Positions 1 to 9,929 of a stretch of DNA of 64,000 nt are shown in pieces; the first letter of the stretch is position 1; every line of letters begins with the position of its first letter. The DNA is taken from positions 234 to 64,233 of the forward strand of contig DASYRE010000024.1 of the NCBI GenBank assembly GCA_036004685.1, written 5' to 3'. The notes under the pieces are model-generated. The model made no database searches. It saw only the letters and a list, made by a program, of their open reading frames with translations, and was not told the DNA's origin. A program made the position numbers and the translations under genes. This DNA comes from Candidatus Polarisedimenticolia bacterium. GTDB lineage: Bacteria; Acidobacteriota; Polarisedimenticolia; Gp22-AA2; AA152.

Positions 1-61
1 CGGCCTGTTTTCCGCGACGCGCTGCCGGAGCTCGCTGCGTCCGTCGTGGAAAGCCGCCGTC

Positions 62-1120
62 TCAGCGGCTGCCGCGTCCTGGCATCCAATCGAGACAGAA
101 CCGCGCCAGGGCTTCGGCGGCGGCGCGGCATCCGGCCGGGTTGGCATGGACGTGATCGAAGAAGAGCGGCTCGGGGTGCTCCGTAAAGCTCTTCACGAGG
201 TTCACGACCGGTACTCCCTGGCGGGCGCCGAAGGCTTCGACGAGCGGCTGGTAGATCACGAGCCGGTCGCCGCCGGAGCGCATCTGATTGGCGTACGGCC
301 AAATCACCAGGACCAGCGGGATCCGGCGCGCGGAGCACTCGTCCCGCAGCCGCGACAGGGCGAACTGGAATTCCCGGGGCGACAAGCGCGGCCGCCTCGC
401 GGCCGGAGAAGCGGCCGGCACCTCCCTCCGCGCGAGCTGCTTCAGTCCCCCGTACAGCCGGCTGGCCAGAAAAGGCTTCTCCCAGCGGCGAATCCGGAGC
501 ATCCAGGCGGTCTGGAAGTCGGAGCGCGAGCCCCACGAGTCGGCATCGTTGAATCCGAACGTCGCCAGCACCAGGTCGGGCCGGAGCGACGCAGCGTGCA
601 TCTCGAAGTAGCGAAGTCCCTGATAGGCGGTATAGCCGGGGACGCCGGCGTTGATCACCTCCACGCCGCCCGGGAGCTCCGCCCGCAGCCGCTGTTGCAG
701 GATCGCCGGCCAGGTTTGATCGTCCTCCACTCCCAGGCCGAAGGTGGTGGAGTCGCCCAGGGCCAGGATTCTCAGGCCGCGCTTGGCGGGCGGGATCTCG
801 GAGCCCCGCAGGCCGTCGTGGTTGGTCGAAACCGTGAACCCGATCGGGGTTTCGCGGATCCGTCCGGTGATCCGCCGGCCCTTCAAATCGGGCTTCAGCT
901 TCCAGAAGAGGGCCGGGTCGGCGATCATGGTATCGTTCAGGGAAGGCAGGCCGAGAGTCTGGATGATCTGCTCGTGCTCGCGGTGGCGCGAGACGTCCGG
1001 GGGAGGGAAGACGAGGCGGGCGACTCCCTCGGCGACGGCGCAGAACAGGAGCAGCGAGACCATTGAGAAGAGGAGCTTCCGGGCAAGGCTCACGGCGCGA
1101 TTATAGACTTCCGCCGCCAT
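62..1120 (-). CDS. SGNH/GDSL-family hydrolase (lipase/esterase), secreted or membrane-anchored
   Basis: ORF 62..1291 contains the GDSL block LALGDSTTFGLG shortly after a hydrophobic N-terminal segment (MAAEVYNRAVSLARKLLFSMVSLLLFCAV). Start placed at the internal ATG (MAAEV) because the upstream 57 residues are Pro/Arg-rich and look like non-coding high-GC sequence. Confidence 0.6.
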   Translation of the reverse strand: MAAEVYNRAVSLARKLLFSMVSLLLFCAVAEGVARLVFPPPDVSRHREHEQIIQTLGLPSLNDTMIADPALFWKLKPDLKGRRITGRIRETPIGFTVSTNHDGLRGSEIPPAKRGLRILALGDSTTFGLGVEDDQTWPAILQQRLRAELPGGVEVINAGVPGYTAYQGLRYFEMHAASLRPDLVLATFGFNDADSWGSRSDFQTAWMLRIRRWEKPFLASRLYGGLKQLARREVPAASPAARRPRLSPREFQFALSRLRDECSARRIPLVLVIWPYANQMRSGGDRLVIYQPLVEAFGARQGVPVVNLVKSFTEHPEPLFFDHVHANPAGCRAAAEALARFCLDWMPGRGSR

Positions 1121-1289
1121 TCCGGAAATCCGGGGGAAGTCCGGGAGGTCCCGCCGCCTTCCCGCCGGGGCCGCCGATGGACGCGAGCCGGCCGGTTGGC
1201 TATGCTGCCGAATCCGATTCCCCGGAAGGGAACGCCAGCTCCCGCGGCGCGCGGGCGGAGAGCCTGAAGTGAGCGGAGGAGGAGGGCCC

Positions 1290-1952
1290 ATGGCCGGCGA
1301 CCCGGTTCTCTATATCGGCGAGAAGAACATCTCGTCCTGGTCGATGCGCGCCTGGCTCGGGATGCAGGTCAAGGGGCTGCGCTTCGAAGAGCGGACGATC
1401 GAGCTGCGGCGAGACCAGGATCGGCGCCGGCGGCGCGCCGTTTCGCCGACAGGGAGGGTGCCGGTGCTGCATCACGGCGATCGGATCGTCCCCGATTCGC
1501 TCGCCATCCTCGAGTACCTGGAGGAGACCTTTCCGCCGCCGCTGCATCCGCCTCTTTGGCCTTCCGCCTCTCAGCCGCGCGCCCACGCGCGCTGGCTGGC
1601 GGCCTCGATGCATGCGGGATTCGCGAAGCTGCGCGAAGGAATGTCTTTCAACCACTGTTTCCTTCCCGAGCCCCCGGCGCCGCCGCCGGAGGCTCGAGAG
1701 GAGGCGGCCGAGATGCTGCGATTTTTCGAGGACGCCCTGGAACGGAAGAACGCCCCGGGCGAATTCCTTTTCGGCGGATTCGGCGGCGTCGACGCGATGT
1801 TCGCCCCGGCGGTGGTGCGTCTCGTCTCGTTCGGCGTGCCGACGGCCGCGACGCCCCGGGCGGAAAGCTACCTCTCGGCGGTCCTGGGGCATGCGCCGGT
1901 CGAGCGCTGGCTGAAGGAGGCGCGCGCGCTGCCGCCGCGCGAGACCTATTGA
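1290..1952 (+). CDS. Glutathione S-transferase family protein
   Basis: GST N-terminal thioredoxin-like signature (VPVLHHGDRIVPDSLAILEYLEE) and C-terminal helical domain. ATG at 1290 is preceded by GGAGGAGG at 1274-1281; the ORF track start at 1269 is GTG. Confidence 0.6.
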   Translation: MAGDPVLYIGEKNISSWSMRAWLGMQVKGLRFEERTIELRRDQDRRRRRAVSPTGRVPVLHHGDRIVPDSLAILEYLEETFPPPLHPPLWPSASQPRAHARWLAASMHAGFAKLREGMSFNHCFLPEPPAPPPEAREEAAEMLRFFEDALERKNAPGEFLFGGFGGVDAMFAPAVVRLVSFGVPTAATPRAESYLSAVLGHAPVERWLKEARALPPRETY

Positions 1953-1987
1953 CCGCCGGGCGGCCGGACCAAGGGAAGAGGCGCTCC

Positions 1988-3412
1988 GTGAAGAAAAAAT
2001 CGTCAGAGGACGCGCCGGGATTCCGGAAAGAGACCGATTCCCTCGGGGAGGTGCTCGTCCCGTCCGACGCCTACTTCGGGGCGCAAACGCAGAGGGCCGT
2101 GGAAAATTTCCCGATCAGCGGCATCCGGTTCCCGCGCCGCTTCGTCGAGGCCCTGGGGCGGATCAAGCGCGCCGCGGCGCGGGCCAACCAGGAGCTCGGC
2201 CTGCTCTCCCCGCGTCTCGCCGAAGCGATCGCGCAGGCGGCGACGGAGGTCGTGGACGGCAAGCTGGACGCGCATTTCGTCGTCGACGTCTTCCAGACCG
2301 GGTCGGGCACCTCGACGAACATGAACGCCAACGAGGTGATTGCGAACCGCGCGAACGAGATCCTGGAGGCCCCTCGGGGAGCGAAGACGCCCGTCCATCC
2401 CAACGACATGGTGAACCGCGGCCAGTCCTCGAACGACGTCATCCCGACGGCGATGCACCTCGCGTCGCTCCAGTCCCTGGAGGGCGACCTGCTGCCGCCG
2501 CTGCGCCGCCTCGAGAAGGCGCTGACGGCGAAATCGGAGGAGTTCGGCGGGATCGTCAAAATCGGACGGACGCATCTCCAGGACGCCACGCCGATCCTCC
2601 TCGGCCAGGAATTCTCCGGCTACGCCAGCCAGGTCGGTCATTCGATCCGGCGGATCGAAGCGCTGCGAAGTCCGCTCGGGGAGCTGGCCCTCGGAGGCAC
2701 GGCGGTCGGGACCGGAATCAACACGCATCCCCGGTTCGCCGGCCTCGCGATCGAGCGCCTGGCCGCCGAGACGGGACTGCCTCTGCGCGAGGCGGAGAAT
2801 CACTTCGAAGCGCAGGCGGCGAAGGACGCGATGGTCGAATCCTCGGGAGCGCTCCGCTCGGTCGCCACGAGCCTTTGGAAGATCGCGCAGGACTTGAGAT
2901 TCCTCGCCAGCGGACCGCGATGCGGGATCGGGGAGATTGTCCTGCCGGCGACCCAGCCCGGCTCCTCGATCATGCCGGGCAAGGTGAACCCGGTAATGGC
3001 GGAGGCGCTCCTGCAGGCCTGCGCCCAGGTCCATGGCAACGACCTGGCGATCGTCGTCGCCGCGCAGGGCTCCAATTTCGAATTGAACGTCATGATGCCC
3101 GTCATGGCGCACAATTTCCTGCAGGGCGTCGCGATCCTGGGCAAGGCCGTCGACCTCTTCACGCGGAAGTGCGTGGAGGGGGTGCGGGCCGACGAGAGGC
3201 GCTGCGCCGAGCTGGTCGAGAAGAGCCTGGCGCTGGTGACGCCGCTGGCGTTGCGGATCGGCTACGACCGTGCCGCCGAGATCGCCAAGGAGGCGCACGC
3301 GACCGGGCGGAGCGTCCGGCAAGTGGCGCTGGAGAGAAAGGTCCTTCCCGAGGAGGAGCTCGATCGGGTCCTCGACCCGCGGCGGATGACCGGACCGCCG
3401 GCCGAAGGATGA
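1988..3412 (+). CDS. fumC: Class II fumarate hydratase (fumarase C)
   Basis: Fumarase/aspartase family motifs GSGTSTNMNANEV and GSSIMPGKVNP; QSSNDVIPTAMH matches fumC rather than aspartase (QSTND). The N-terminus FRKETDSLGEVLVPSDAYFGAQTQRAVENF aligns with the E. coli FumC N-terminus. GTG start at 1988 chosen; the upstream part of ORF 1556..3412 is Arg/Pro-rich and looks like non-coding high-GC sequence. Confidence 0.8.
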   Translation: MKKKSSEDAPGFRKETDSLGEVLVPSDAYFGAQTQRAVENFPISGIRFPRRFVEALGRIKRAAARANQELGLLSPRLAEAIAQAATEVVDGKLDAHFVVDVFQTGSGTSTNMNANEVIANRANEILEAPRGAKTPVHPNDMVNRGQSSNDVIPTAMHLASLQSLEGDLLPPLRRLEKALTAKSEEFGGIVKIGRTHLQDATPILLGQEFSGYASQVGHSIRRIEALRSPLGELALGGTAVGTGINTHPRFAGLAIERLAAETGLPLREAENHFEAQAAKDAMVESSGALRSVATSLWKIAQDLRFLASGPRCGIGEIVLPATQPGSSIMPGKVNPVMAEALLQACAQVHGNDLAIVVAAQGSNFELNVMMPVMAHNFLQGVAILGKAVDLFTRKCVEGVRADERRCAELVEKSLALVTPLALRIGYDRAAEIAKEAHATGRSVRQVALERKVLPEEELDRVLDPRRMTGPPAEG

Positions 3413-3596
3413 CCTGGAGCCCCAGCGCGCCTCTGCCGATCGGCGCGGCGGGCGGGAGGCGGCCCGCCGGGACGGCCGCCACGCGGGCGCGGAGCCGAAA
3501 TGGGTTACGATGTCCGAGGCCGGGGCGGCGGCTTCCCGGGATCCCGAAAGGCCCGGCAGCCGGCGCGCCGCATGATTTCGCGACAGGAGGACCACG

Positions 3597-5960
3597 GTGA
3601 ATCGTGGAGGCCGACAGCAGGTGGAACGGCTCCTGCGTGAGGCGCAGGATTCGTTCGGCCGCTGGGAGGTGATCAAGGATCTGATCGACGAGATGATCGA
3701 CCTCTCGCTGAACTACCGCCAAAGCGGGCACCCCGGGGGCTCGCGCTCGAAAGTCCACGCTCTCGTCGCCACGCTGCTGTCGGGAGCCATGCGGTGGGAC
3801 ATCCTGCGCCCGTGGCGCCGGTTCTCGGATCGTTTCGTCCTCTCCGCCGGGCACACCGTGCCCCTCGTCTACGCCACGCTGGCGGTTCTGAACGAAGCGC
3901 TCCGCCTGCGTCATCGCAGGAGCCGCGAGAGCGCGTTCGCCTTCCCCGACGAAGGCCGGTTCGCGTTGACCTGGGAGGACCTGCTCGGCTTGCGGCGGAA
4001 CCGGGGACTGCCGGGCCATGCCGAAATGGAAGGCAAGACGCTCTTCCTGAAATGGAACACCGGGCCCTCAGGGCACGGCATGCCGCCGGCGGCCGGCCAG
4101 GCTCTGGCGCTCAAGCGCGCCGGCGCGGGAGAAGTGAAGGTCTTCGTCATGGAAGGGGAGGGGGGGCTGACGCCGGGAGCCAGCCACGAGACCCGGAACT
4201 CGGCCTGGGGTCTGGGGCTGGACAACCTCGTCTTCCTGATCGATTGGAACGACTTCGGCATCGACGACAACGCGATTTCCTCCGTCGTCCACGGCACCCC
4301 GCCCGAATGGTTCGCCCCCTACGGCTGGCGGATCGTCGGCACCGAGCAGGGCTCGGAATGGGGGGAGACGACCCGCGTGATGCTGGAAGCCGCGCTGGGG
4401 GAGAATCGGGATCACGTCCCCTCCTGCGGCTGGTTCAAGACGCGCAAGGGGCGGGGCTATCTCGTCTATGACAACAAGTCCCACGGCACGCCGCACAAGA
4501 TGAACAGCGAGAAGTTCTGGGAGCTGCGCCGGCAGTTCATGGACAAGTATGGGGTGAAATACGCGGGTTTCGGGGAAGGCGCGCCGGCCGGAGCGGCGGC
4601 CGTCCGGGGCCAGGCGGAGACGAATCTGGGCCGGGCGCTCGGCGTGATGCGCGATCAGGCAGGGCTCGTCGATTACCTCAGCGATCGGCTCGTCGAGCTG
4701 GCCGGGTCGGTCCCGGACGAGATCGACGGGTTTCGGCTGGGAGGCAGGCGGGCGACGATCTTCAACGATTCGAGACTCACCGATTTCCGTGCCTATCCCG
4801 CGTCGATCTGGGCGAAGCCGGGCGACTCGCAGCCGAACCGCGCGGCGCTCGCCGCCTGGGGTTCCTGGATCAACTCGTACGCCCGCCAGGAGTACGGCCG
4901 GCCCTTGTTCCTGGCGATGTCGGCCGATCTCGCCGCGTCGACCAACATCATCGGCTTTTCGAAGGGGTTCGAGGAAATCGAGGGATGGGGGTGGTACGAG
5001 CGCGACAAGAACCCCGAGGGAACCCTCCTGCCGCAGCAGATCACCGAGTTCTCGAACGCCGGAATCGCCGCCGGCGCGGCTTCGGTCAACCTCGCGGCGG
5101 ATCCCCGGAACGAGTTCGACGGATTCTGGACGGCGTGCTCGACGTACGGATCCTTTTCGTATCTGAAGTACGGGCCGATGCGCCTGTTCAGCCAGCTGGC
5201 GCAGGACTGCGATCTCAAGGTCGGGAAAGTCATCTGGGTCGCGGGCCATTCCGGGCCGGAGACGGCGGAGGACTCGCGAACGCACTTCGGCATCTTCGCC
5301 CCGGGAGTCACGCAGCTCTTCCCGGAGGGCCACGTCATCGACCTGCACCCTTGGGAGTATAACGAGGTCCCGGTGGTGCTGGCGGCGGCGCTCGCCACGG
5401 ACGCCCCGATCATCGCGCTGCACCTGACCCGGCCGAACATCACGATACCCGACCGGGCCGCGCTCGGCCTGGGCTCGCACTTCGACGCGGCGCGCGGCGC
5501 GTACATCCTGCGTGACTACAAGCCCGGCGTCCCGCGCGCCGGAACCGTGTTCGTGCAGGGCACGATGACGACCTACAATCTCCTCAAGGTGCTGCCGGCG
5601 CTGGACGAGGCGGGGATCAACGTCAAGATCATCGCCGCCATCAGCCCCCAGCTCTTTCGCTTGCAGGACGCCGCGTACCGCGAGCGGGTCTGCGCGGCGC
5701 CGGAGCGCTTGGACGCGATGGTGATCAGCAATCGGGCGCTGCGGGTGACGCGCGACTGGGTGGACAGCCCGATCGTGGCCGAATACTCCCTCACCTCCGA
5801 TTGGGACGACCGATGGCGCACCGGAGGCACGGTCGAGGAGGTGATCGAAGAGGCGCACCTGTCTCCCGAGCACATCCGGCGCGGCATCGAGCGGTTCGCG
5901 CGCGAGCGCGGCAAGCGCCTGGCCGCCTATCGCAGCGTGCTCGAGGCGATGGAGCGCTGA
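3597..5960 (+). CDS. Transketolase-family thiamine-diphosphate enzyme (divergent, 787 aa)
   Basis: SGHPGGS and DRFVLSAGH N-terminal TPP-binding signatures, GPSGHGMPPAAGQALA, and the EGEGGLTPGASHE...LIDWNDFGIDDN block resembling transketolase GDGxxMEG...DxNxxSIDG. It is longer than canonical Tkt (about 660 aa). Confidence 0.55.
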   Translation: MNRGGRQQVERLLREAQDSFGRWEVIKDLIDEMIDLSLNYRQSGHPGGSRSKVHALVATLLSGAMRWDILRPWRRFSDRFVLSAGHTVPLVYATLAVLNEALRLRHRRSRESAFAFPDEGRFALTWEDLLGLRRNRGLPGHAEMEGKTLFLKWNTGPSGHGMPPAAGQALALKRAGAGEVKVFVMEGEGGLTPGASHETRNSAWGLGLDNLVFLIDWNDFGIDDNAISSVVHGTPPEWFAPYGWRIVGTEQGSEWGETTRVMLEAALGENRDHVPSCGWFKTRKGRGYLVYDNKSHGTPHKMNSEKFWELRRQFMDKYGVKYAGFGEGAPAGAAAVRGQAETNLGRALGVMRDQAGLVDYLSDRLVELAGSVPDEIDGFRLGGRRATIFNDSRLTDFRAYPASIWAKPGDSQPNRAALAAWGSWINSYARQEYGRPLFLAMSADLAASTNIIGFSKGFEEIEGWGWYERDKNPEGTLLPQQITEFSNAGIAAGAASVNLAADPRNEFDGFWTACSTYGSFSYLKYGPMRLFSQLAQDCDLKVGKVIWVAGHSGPETAEDSRTHFGIFAPGVTQLFPEGHVIDLHPWEYNEVPVVLAAALATDAPIIALHLTRPNITIPDRAALGLGSHFDAARGAYILRDYKPGVPRAGTVFVQGTMTTYNLLKVLPALDEAGINVKIIAAISPQLFRLQDAAYRERVCAAPERLDAMVISNRALRVTRDWVDSPIVAEYSLTSDWDDRWRTGGTVEEVIEEAHLSPEHIRRGIERFARERGKRLAAYRSVLEAMER

Positions 5961-5966
5961 GGAGCG

Positions 5967-7673
5967 GTGGGCGCCCCGGTCGCCGCGCCGCGCCGTCCCG
6001 CCCACAAGGCTCCAAGACTCCGAATCCCGCGGGGCGCAGGGGCGGCCGCTCTGGCGCTCTCCCTGGCGGCGTCGCAGGCGCTCGGCTCGGCGGCGATCAT
6101 CCGGGAGGCCGGCGCCGTCGCGATTCTCGATCCTGGCGCGATCCCCGCCCGCAAGCCGGTCTTTCGCGAGGACGAGCTGCGGGAATTCCTCTCCAAGTTC
6201 ATCGGATCCCCTTGCCGTCCCGAGGCGATCGGGGAAGCGCTCGCCGCGCGCTACCGGTTTCTCGGATACGTCCCCTCCGTCGACATCGCCTGCGATTCCG
6301 GGACGATTACCGCCGTCGTCCGGGAAAGCAACCAGACGATCGACTTGATCACGTTCGATCCGGCCGACCTTTCCCGGCTCGGCATCGCGCCTGATCCCGC
6401 TTTCCGTGAGAGCCGCGGCCTCTATCCGGTCCCGCGCGAGGCGCCTCGGGCCGTGCTGCTCGGCCTGTTGCAAACGCGCCCGGGCGATCTCTACAACTTC
6501 GAGCGGTATCGCGACGAGAACGAGGCGTTGCGGCGTCTCGGATACGCCATCGCGGTCATCCCGGGAACTCCCCGCGAGCTGGGCGGAATTCGGCGCGCGG
6601 CTTACCTGCTGATGAGCCTGCGGCCGGACACCCGCGGCGCGCGGACGCGCCGAAAAGCGAATTATTTCGGGGGAACCGGGACTTACGAGCCGCGGCAAGG
6701 AAGCTCGATCGGGCTTCTTTATCAGAGAGATTCCCTCCTCACGGCGCTCGATCGCCTCAGCGTCGCTCCGAGCTACAACGCCTCGGCCGGCGGGGAGCTC
6801 TCGTACCGGGCTCCTCTGCTGGCCCGCAAGGAGGCGCCTCGCCGCCTGTACGACTTGGATCTCGGCCTGTTCTCCAATTACCGGCACGACAGGTTGCTCC
6901 AGGGCGTCGAGACGGACGAAAGGCGCTCCGGGGCGGCGGCGACGATCGGCATGCGGCCGCTGGGGCTGGAAGCGCCCCACACGTTCCGCTTGAGCCTGGG
7001 GATCCGTCATGAGCGCACCGACTTGCAGGAAGCGATCCCCCCTCCCGGCGAGTCACGCCTCACGTTCCTCCGGCTCGGGGCGGAGTACGACTGGAGGCAC
7101 ATGGAGCGCTGGCCGAGTGTTTCGATCCGGATTGCGCCGGCGCTCGATTTCGCGTTCACCGCGCTGGGAGGGGAGCGCACGTTCGTGCGCGCCGGGTTCG
7201 ACGGCAGGCTGCACCAGCGTTTCTCCGGGGCCGTAGAAGCCGATTTCCATTTGCTGGGCGGCTTCATCGATCGAGCGGTTCCGGCGACTGAGCTCTGGAG
7301 CCTCGGCGGGGCCGCGAGCTTGCGAGGATTTCGGGAAGACTCGTTCCTGGGCAGGCATTTCGCGGCTCTGCAGTCGGAGCTCTGGCTGCCTCTGTTCCGC
7401 AACGCGCCGCCGGCGGCCGGGAGCGCCGAGGAGCTTCCCGAGGAGCCATTCCGCCCCCGCCGGATCGCGCACCTGCTGAAAGGAGCCTTGTTCGCGGACA
7501 CCGGAGAGGTCTCCGGTTCGGACGCGGGGGTGGAGCGAGCCGCCGGCGCCGGGGTGGGATTGCGGTTCCTGGTTCCGCGCCAGCCGCTCGTGATCCGCCT
7601 GGATTATGGCGCCGGGTTCGGAGCCCCCGGCGGGGACCGCCTTTTCTATCTGTCGCTCGCCCTCCACCGCTGA
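5967..7673 (+). CDS. Omp85/ShlB(TpsB)-family outer-membrane beta-barrel protein
   Basis: Signal-peptide-like N-terminus (GAGAAALALSLAASQALG), a POTRA-like region, then C-terminal barrel with typical blocks (SLRGFREDSFLGRHFAALQSELWLPLF; GAGVGLRFLVPRQPLVIRLDYGAGF). GTG start. Confidence 0.45.
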   Translation: MGAPVAAPRRPAHKAPRLRIPRGAGAAALALSLAASQALGSAAIIREAGAVAILDPGAIPARKPVFREDELREFLSKFIGSPCRPEAIGEALAARYRFLGYVPSVDIACDSGTITAVVRESNQTIDLITFDPADLSRLGIAPDPAFRESRGLYPVPREAPRAVLLGLLQTRPGDLYNFERYRDENEALRRLGYAIAVIPGTPRELGGIRRAAYLLMSLRPDTRGARTRRKANYFGGTGTYEPRQGSSIGLLYQRDSLLTALDRLSVAPSYNASAGGELSYRAPLLARKEAPRRLYDLDLGLFSNYRHDRLLQGVETDERRSGAAATIGMRPLGLEAPHTFRLSLGIRHERTDLQEAIPPPGESRLTFLRLGAEYDWRHMERWPSVSIRIAPALDFAFTALGGERTFVRAGFDGRLHQRFSGAVEADFHLLGGFIDRAVPATELWSLGGAASLRGFREDSFLGRHFAALQSELWLPLFRNAPPAAGSAEELPEEPFRPRRIAHLLKGALFADTGEVSGSDAGVERAAGAGVGLRFLVPRQPLVIRLDYGAGFGAPGGDRLFYLSLALHR

Positions 7674-7742
7674 GTAACCATGTCCGATTTCGTCCAATCC
7701 AGCCCCCTGGGGCATGGTATAACTGCCGGCCAAGGAGCGACC

Positions 7743-9230
7743 ATGATCCCGGATCCCGCAACGCTCGACGCCGAAGCCTGCTACCGCGCGGTGCGCAACC
7801 GGGACGGCCGGTTCGAAGGACGTTTCGTCATCGGCGTCACGACGACCGGCATCTATTGCCGTCCCGGCTGTCCGGCGAGAATTCCGGCGAGACGGAACAT
7901 CCGCTTCCTGCCCGGCCCGGCGGCCGCCGAGCTGGCCGGCTTCCGTCCTTGCCGGAGGTGCCGCCCCGACGCCTCGCCCGACTCCGCCGTGTGGAAAGGG
8001 ACGGGTGCGACGATCGCCCGCGCGTTGCGGCTGATCGACGAGGGGGCGCTCGACCGGGGCGGAGTCGAAAGGCTGGGCGCGCAGCTCGGGATGGGCGCGC
8101 GGCATCTCCGCCGTCTCTTCCTGGAGCGCCTCGGCGCCCCTCCGAAGGCGGTCGCCCTGACCCGCCGGGCGCACTTCGCCCGCCAGCTGATCGAAGAGAC
8201 CGATCTCCCGATGTCGGCCGTCGCGGCGGCGTCGGGATTCGGCAGCATCCGGCGCTTCAACGGCGCCATGAGCCGGACGTTTCGTTGCGCGCCGCGCGAG
8301 TTCCGCCGCGCCGCCCCACGCGTCCGGGCGACGGAGCCTCTCACGCTTCGCCTGCCGTACCGCGCTCCTCTCGATTGGGAGTCGCTCCTGGCGTTTCTGG
8401 CGGGGCGCGCCATCCCCGGCGTCGAAGCGGTGGCCGGGGGCCGCTACCGGCGCACGATACGCTCGGCCGCGGGACCGGCGACGATCGAGGTCGGCCCCGC
8501 GGCGGGATCGCCGGAAATGCTTCTGCGCGTCGGGGCTCCGCCCGGCGCGGATCTCGAGCGCATCGTGCGGCGCGTCCGCCGTCTCCTGGATCTGGATTGC
8601 GATCCGGTGCGGATCGGCCAGGATCTGGGAACCGATCCGATGCTCGCCCCGATCGTGCGCGCCCACCCGGGATTGCGGGTCCCCGGCTGCTGGGACGGGT
8701 TCGAGATGGCGGTTCGCGCGGTGCTGGGCCAGCAGGTGAGCGTCCGAGCGGCGTCGACGATGGCGGGACGGCTCGCCGAGGCGTTCGGCGATCCCCTTCC
8801 CGCGGCGCAAGAGGGTTTGACGCGCCTCTTTCCGCTCCCGGAGATCCTGGCCCGCGCCGATCTGTCCCGCCTCGGTCTGCCCGGCGCGCGCTCGCTCTGC
8901 CTCACCGCGCTCGCGCAGGCCGTCGCGGCCGGGTCGCTTCCCCTGGACGGATCGGCATCGCTTCCGGGGGCTCTGACGCGCCTCATGGCGCTGCCGGGGG
9001 TGGGACCGTGGACGGCCCATTACGTCGCCATGCGCGCTCTCGGGGAGCCGGACGCGTTTCCAGCCGAGGACTTGGTCCTGAAGCGGGCGATGGGCCTGGA
9101 GGGAGATCGCCTGCTGAAGCGGGCTGAAAGGTGGCGCCCCTGGCGGGCCTATGCAGCCGTGCATCTCTGGCGCCGCCATGCCGGCGCCGCGCCCAAGCCG
9201 GCGAAGAAGCCCCGGCGGAGATCGCGATGA
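7743..9230 (+). CDS. alkA: Ada regulatory domain fused to DNA-3-methyladenine glycosylase II (AdaA-AlkA)
   Basis: Ada Zn-binding Cys cluster (YCRPGCPARIP...FRPCRRCRPD), AraC-type HTH, then AlkA_N/HhH-GPD with the LPGVGPWTAHYVAMRALGEPDAFPAEDL hallmark. ATG 7743 preceded by AAGGAG. Confidence 0.8.
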   Translation: MIPDPATLDAEACYRAVRNRDGRFEGRFVIGVTTTGIYCRPGCPARIPARRNIRFLPGPAAAELAGFRPCRRCRPDASPDSAVWKGTGATIARALRLIDEGALDRGGVERLGAQLGMGARHLRRLFLERLGAPPKAVALTRRAHFARQLIEETDLPMSAVAAASGFGSIRRFNGAMSRTFRCAPREFRRAAPRVRATEPLTLRLPYRAPLDWESLLAFLAGRAIPGVEAVAGGRYRRTIRSAAGPATIEVGPAAGSPEMLLRVGAPPGADLERIVRRVRRLLDLDCDPVRIGQDLGTDPMLAPIVRAHPGLRVPGCWDGFEMAVRAVLGQQVSVRAASTMAGRLAEAFGDPLPAAQEGLTRLFPLPEILARADLSRLGLPGARSLCLTALAQAVAAGSLPLDGSASLPGALTRLMALPGVGPWTAHYVAMRALGEPDAFPAEDLVLKRAMGLEGDRLLKRAERWRPWRAYAAVHLWRRHAGAAPKPAKKPRRRSR

Positions 9231-9799
9231 TCGTTCAAAGGTCGGTCCTGAGGACGCCGATTGGCCGTCTGACCCTGTACGCGAAGGGCGGCGCGCTGGC
9301 CGCCGTCTTCTTCGAGAAAGGCGAGGAGCAGGAGCGGCTCCGCTTCACGCGCCGGCTGGGGGAAGTCCGCATCGAAACCCATCCCGATCCGGCCGGGGCC
9401 GTCGCGGCGCTGCGGGACTATTTCGCAGGAGATCTGGGGGCGCTCGATCGGATCCCGGTCGTTCCGGCGGGGACCGAATTCCAGCGCGCCGTCTGGTCGG
9501 CGCTCCGAGAAATCCCGGCGGGCGCGACGATGTCGTATTCGGGGCTGGCGGCCCGGCTGAACCGGCCTTCGGCCGTGCGCGCGGTGGGCGCCGCGAACGG
9601 CGGCAACCCCGTCCCGGTCGTCATTCCATGTCACCGCGTGGTCGCCGCGAACGGCGCGCTCTGGGGGTACGGGGGCGGTCTGGCGATCAAGAGGTGGCTC
9701 TTGACCCACGAGAAGGCGCTGCCGCGCGGCGTCGAAAGGGTCCCGGCAAGTCCGAGGCTCGACGGGGAGCGACCCCCTCGGCTTCCCTTTGAAGCGTGA
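9227..9799 (+). CDS. ogt: Methylated-DNA-protein-cysteine methyltransferase
   Basis: Active-site PCHRVV motif and C-terminal helix (GYGGGLAIKRWLLTHE). ATG overlaps the alkA TGA in an ATGA arrangement, suggesting translational coupling. Confidence 0.85.
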   Translation: MIVQRSVLRTPIGRLTLYAKGGALAAVFFEKGEEQERLRFTRRLGEVRIETHPDPAGAVAALRDYFAGDLGALDRIPVVPAGTEFQRAVWSALREIPAGATMSYSGLAARLNRPSAVRAVGAANGGNPVPVVIPCHRVVAANGALWGYGGGLAIKRWLLTHEKALPRGVERVPASPRLDGERPPRLPFEA

Positions 9800-9929
9800 T
9801 CCCGCCGCCGCGTCGCTTATGGGACCGCCGAGGGACCAGGGCCCGGGCCCGAATCGAGCCGGCCGAAACGGAGTGCGGCCCCGCGCGCCGCGCGCCGCGG
9901 GTGCCGCGTCCCGCTCCCACACCAGCCCG

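Noticed and set aside
4068-7010. 980-aa minus-strand ORF
   Set aside because: Antisense to the transketolase-like and Omp85-like genes. The translation is Arg/Pro/Gly-rich with no motifs, a typical open antisense frame in 70% GC DNA.
7053-9179. 708-aa minus-strand ORF
   Set aside because: Antisense to adaA-alkA, with low-complexity R/A/G/P composition. The alkA frame has clear domain signatures.
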